A DNA stretch of 64,000 bases from the human T2T-CHM13v2.0 reference genome, Homo sapiens: assembly GCF_009914755.1 (NCBI RefSeq), contig NC_060935.1; one strand, 5' to 3'. Positions 61,520 through 64,000 of the stretch are shown one piece after another. How positions within the stretch are numbered: the stretch's first letter is position 1; every line of letters starts with the position of its first letter. The position numbers were made by a program, and so were the translations under genes. Below the pieces are notes generated by a model. It did no database searches. It was not told the origin of the DNA and saw nothing but the letters and a program-made list of their open reading frames with translations.

Positions 61520-61760
61520 CACTACCGTGGTGTCTGGTAATGCAACCTGAATCTGGAATCAGGTGCCCTAGACTTGAATCTTGCATTTGTCATTTATTAG
61601 TCATGTGACCTTACCTAGGCAGCAAGCAGGCTAATGAGCCTGCATTTCTTCAACTGTGTACAGAAAATAATACACCTACTTCTTGGCACTGTTAAGGAAA
61701 TGAAATAAAATAATGCATATTTTAAAAACTTGAAAGCTTTAAAATGTCATTCAGATATGA
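61520..61760 (+). mobile_element. MIR
   Basis: atctggaatcagg...gacttgaatc...ttattagtcatgtgacctt...gagcctgcatttcttcaactgt. Confidence 0.7.
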
Positions 61761-62276
61761 TTTATCTACCCACTAAACAAATGCAAGTCACTATTCAGGT
61801 GAAAATAATAATCTACATCCTTCCTCGTGTGAGTTTATTGCCAGATTTTCTTAGTCATTTTCACAGGATAAAATTAAGTGGACATTTAAGTACAACCAGA
61901 CCATGAAAGGGCTAACTTGATATGTTCTAGGCATAGAGGGTAGGGAGGTTTATGTTAAGGTGGTTCGATTTAATATCTCACATGTCACTCATTGTAAAGG
62001 CAGTCGCAGGGACTGACCCACGAATGTCCTGTTGTTGAAAATCCCATAATGAAGAAGAGAATATGACTTCACCAGTCTCCTTCCTGCCCCTAGAAGGGTT
62101 TCCATCATTTCATTAAAAGAGAAAAAACCCACCACGTACTGCTCAATATGGTGACTGGCTCCTGAACAGTCAAGATGTTATTTTCAAACACATTCTTTCC
62201 TTGCTTTTCCATCCCCATGGGGCCCTGCTCTAATTCCTGGCCTTCTGAAACCCCGTGGCTGCAGCTTCCATCTTAC

Positions 62277-62900
62277 TGAGCAGATTTTCAAACAAAGTCC
62301 CCTTGCTGTGTGCACAGAACTGCCCTCCAGAGCTGCAGGCACGCCGGTCGGGGGGCTCAATGCTGAATTTATTTCCTACATCTTGGACACGTCGTCGCTC
62401 TCTCTCCTCCCTCCCTCCCTCCCTCCAGTCCCCTCTCCCCGCCTCCCCTTCATCCTAAATCCTGCAGCCATGACAGAAATAAATTAGCTAGAGGTACAGG
62501 TCACACCTTGGAGAGCAGTAAACGTTCCGTGGGAAATCAATAGAGAAGATGGGATTCTCAAACAGCTGAAGCAGAAGGAATGATGCATTGATGGCTATAC
62601 ATAAACCAAACAAAGGAGTCTCAGCACAGCCTTCCCGGAAGGGACTCGCGCACTGGGCTTCATTTATTCTAACACCTGAACCTGAGACAGCACCGCAGAA
62701 AAAGACGCTCCGCAGATACCTGGGCTTTTTTCCTCAGGAAGGCTCAATGTTGCTGGGCGAGTGTTGGTGAAAATGAAAAATTATGTTCAGATCGTGGATG
62801 TTAAAGCCAGAGCCCCCAGGAAACCCCTGGAGAACCGTAAGCTGAGTGTGTGAGACACACATCTGTTCCAGGAAGACCTCCTCATCCACGGCTGCTGACA
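62277..62900 (-). promoter_or_regulatory. Candidate promoter/enhancer with first exon ending at donor 62277
   Basis: Local CpG enrichment in unique DNA, GC box CCCCGCCTCCCC (62437-62448), (CCCT)n tract, GAS palindrome TTCCCGGAA (62632-62640), minus donor TCA|GTAAGA. Confidence 0.45.
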
Positions 62901-62959
62901 GCAAAAGCCAGAGAGGGATTGGCTGGATAGTTACCTGAAGAGGTGTAATTCCTAAAGTC

Positions 62960-63170
62960 ATTTAGTGTGATGTGTCGGAAACGCCTAGGCTTTAGGCTCT
63001 GGCAGACCTGGGTTCCAGTCCTGGCTTCACCACTAGGTAGCAAAAATGGGAAAGCTGCATTTATAAAGTGGCAATAGGAGGTCTACCTTAGAGGCAATTG
63101 TGCGGATTAAATGAATAACACACATAAACACCTAGTACAAAATAGGCACTCAATAAATGCTAGTTGCTTT
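62960..63170 (+). mobile_element. MIR
   Basis: cagacctgggttccagtcctggcttcaccact...gcggattaaatgaataa...taggcactcaataaatgctag. Confidence 0.8.
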
Positions 63171-63683
63171 CCCTTCCATCCCCCTGCCTGATAGTAAGCG
63201 GCTTCGTCATGTCTCTGGAGTTCTACAACTTCTCCCCACAGAGTTTTCACAATGGCAGGCCCTCATAAAATTTTTCTCTGATGGCAAAAGCAATGTCTAG
63301 CAAAAACAGGTGCTCAGCAGGACTTTCGGTGCCCTACAGTCTCGATCAGCTGCCAAATGCCACCCCAAATAAGCCACCTAAGTTAAAGCAGTGTGCCTGC
63401 TATGCAAATGCAGGGATGGAATACAATCCTGCCCCTGAGCACCTCCTATCTAGAAATCCTGAAATTTCCATTGCTATATACCAAGAGCCGATTTTTCTCC
63501 TGTCTTCCCTTGCTCTTTTTTTTCTCCTGAAAACTGCATTTTTAATATCTTTTCCTCCTCAGTTTGAGCCTGATTTCTTCCTCACACACAGCTGAATTTC
63601 AGTAATAAAACAAATAGTTACAGTGAGAAGCCATTATAAATTATCTAGAAAATAAACATTTAAATAATCTCCATCCTAAAATG

Positions 63684-64000
63684 TTTAATTGTGGCAAAAT
63701 GTAGAGAGCATGAAGTTGACCAGCTTCACCATTTTTACGTGTATGCTCAGTGACATTAAGTACATTCATATTGTTGTGTTAACATCACCGTTATCCATCT
63801 CCAGAACGTTTTCACCTTCCTCATGTACAGCGCTGTACGTGCTAATCATAACTCCCCATTCACCCCTTTTCACAGCCCCTGGAACCCGCCATTCTACTTT
63901 CTGTTGCTATAATTTTACTACTCTAGGAACCTCCTGTAAGTGGAATCATATGATATTTGTCCTTTTAGTCCTGTCTTATTTCACTTACCGTAATGACCTC
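63684..64000 (-). mobile_element. L1MB-type 3' end (runs off window)
   Basis: cagtgacattaagtacattcatattgttgtg...ccatctccagaacgttttc...cagcccctggaacccgccattctactttctg. Confidence 0.85.

Overview
Primate (human-like) non-coding genomic DNA: no long protein-coding exon, RNA gene or CRISPR-like array is recognisable, and nearly all ORFs in the track are Alu, L1, MaLR or low-complexity artefacts. Much of the window is interspersed repeats: a full-length LTR-internal-LTR MaLR (MSTA-like) element with a young AluY inside one LTR, about 15 Alus, L1 fragments of very different ages (L1PA2 to L1ME), many MIR and L2 relics, MLT1 and THE1D solo LTRs and hAT DNA transposon relics. The most informative non-repeat signal is a set of minus-strand splice-site-bounded segments in repeat-poor islands. 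These are a CpG/GC-box/G4 promoter-like island with a donor at 62277, a 55-nt exon at 37836-37890 with a T23 polypyrimidine tract, a 37-nt exon at 11858-11894, and a candidate first exon ending in a strong-Kozak ATG GAA AAG (Met-Glu-Lys) plus donor at 10470. Together they suggest the 5' (alternative promoter / small 5' exon) region of a large minus-strand gene, which I could not identify by name. I see no evidence for a wholly new biological system; all subfamily names and exon calls are by eye and need alignment to confirm.
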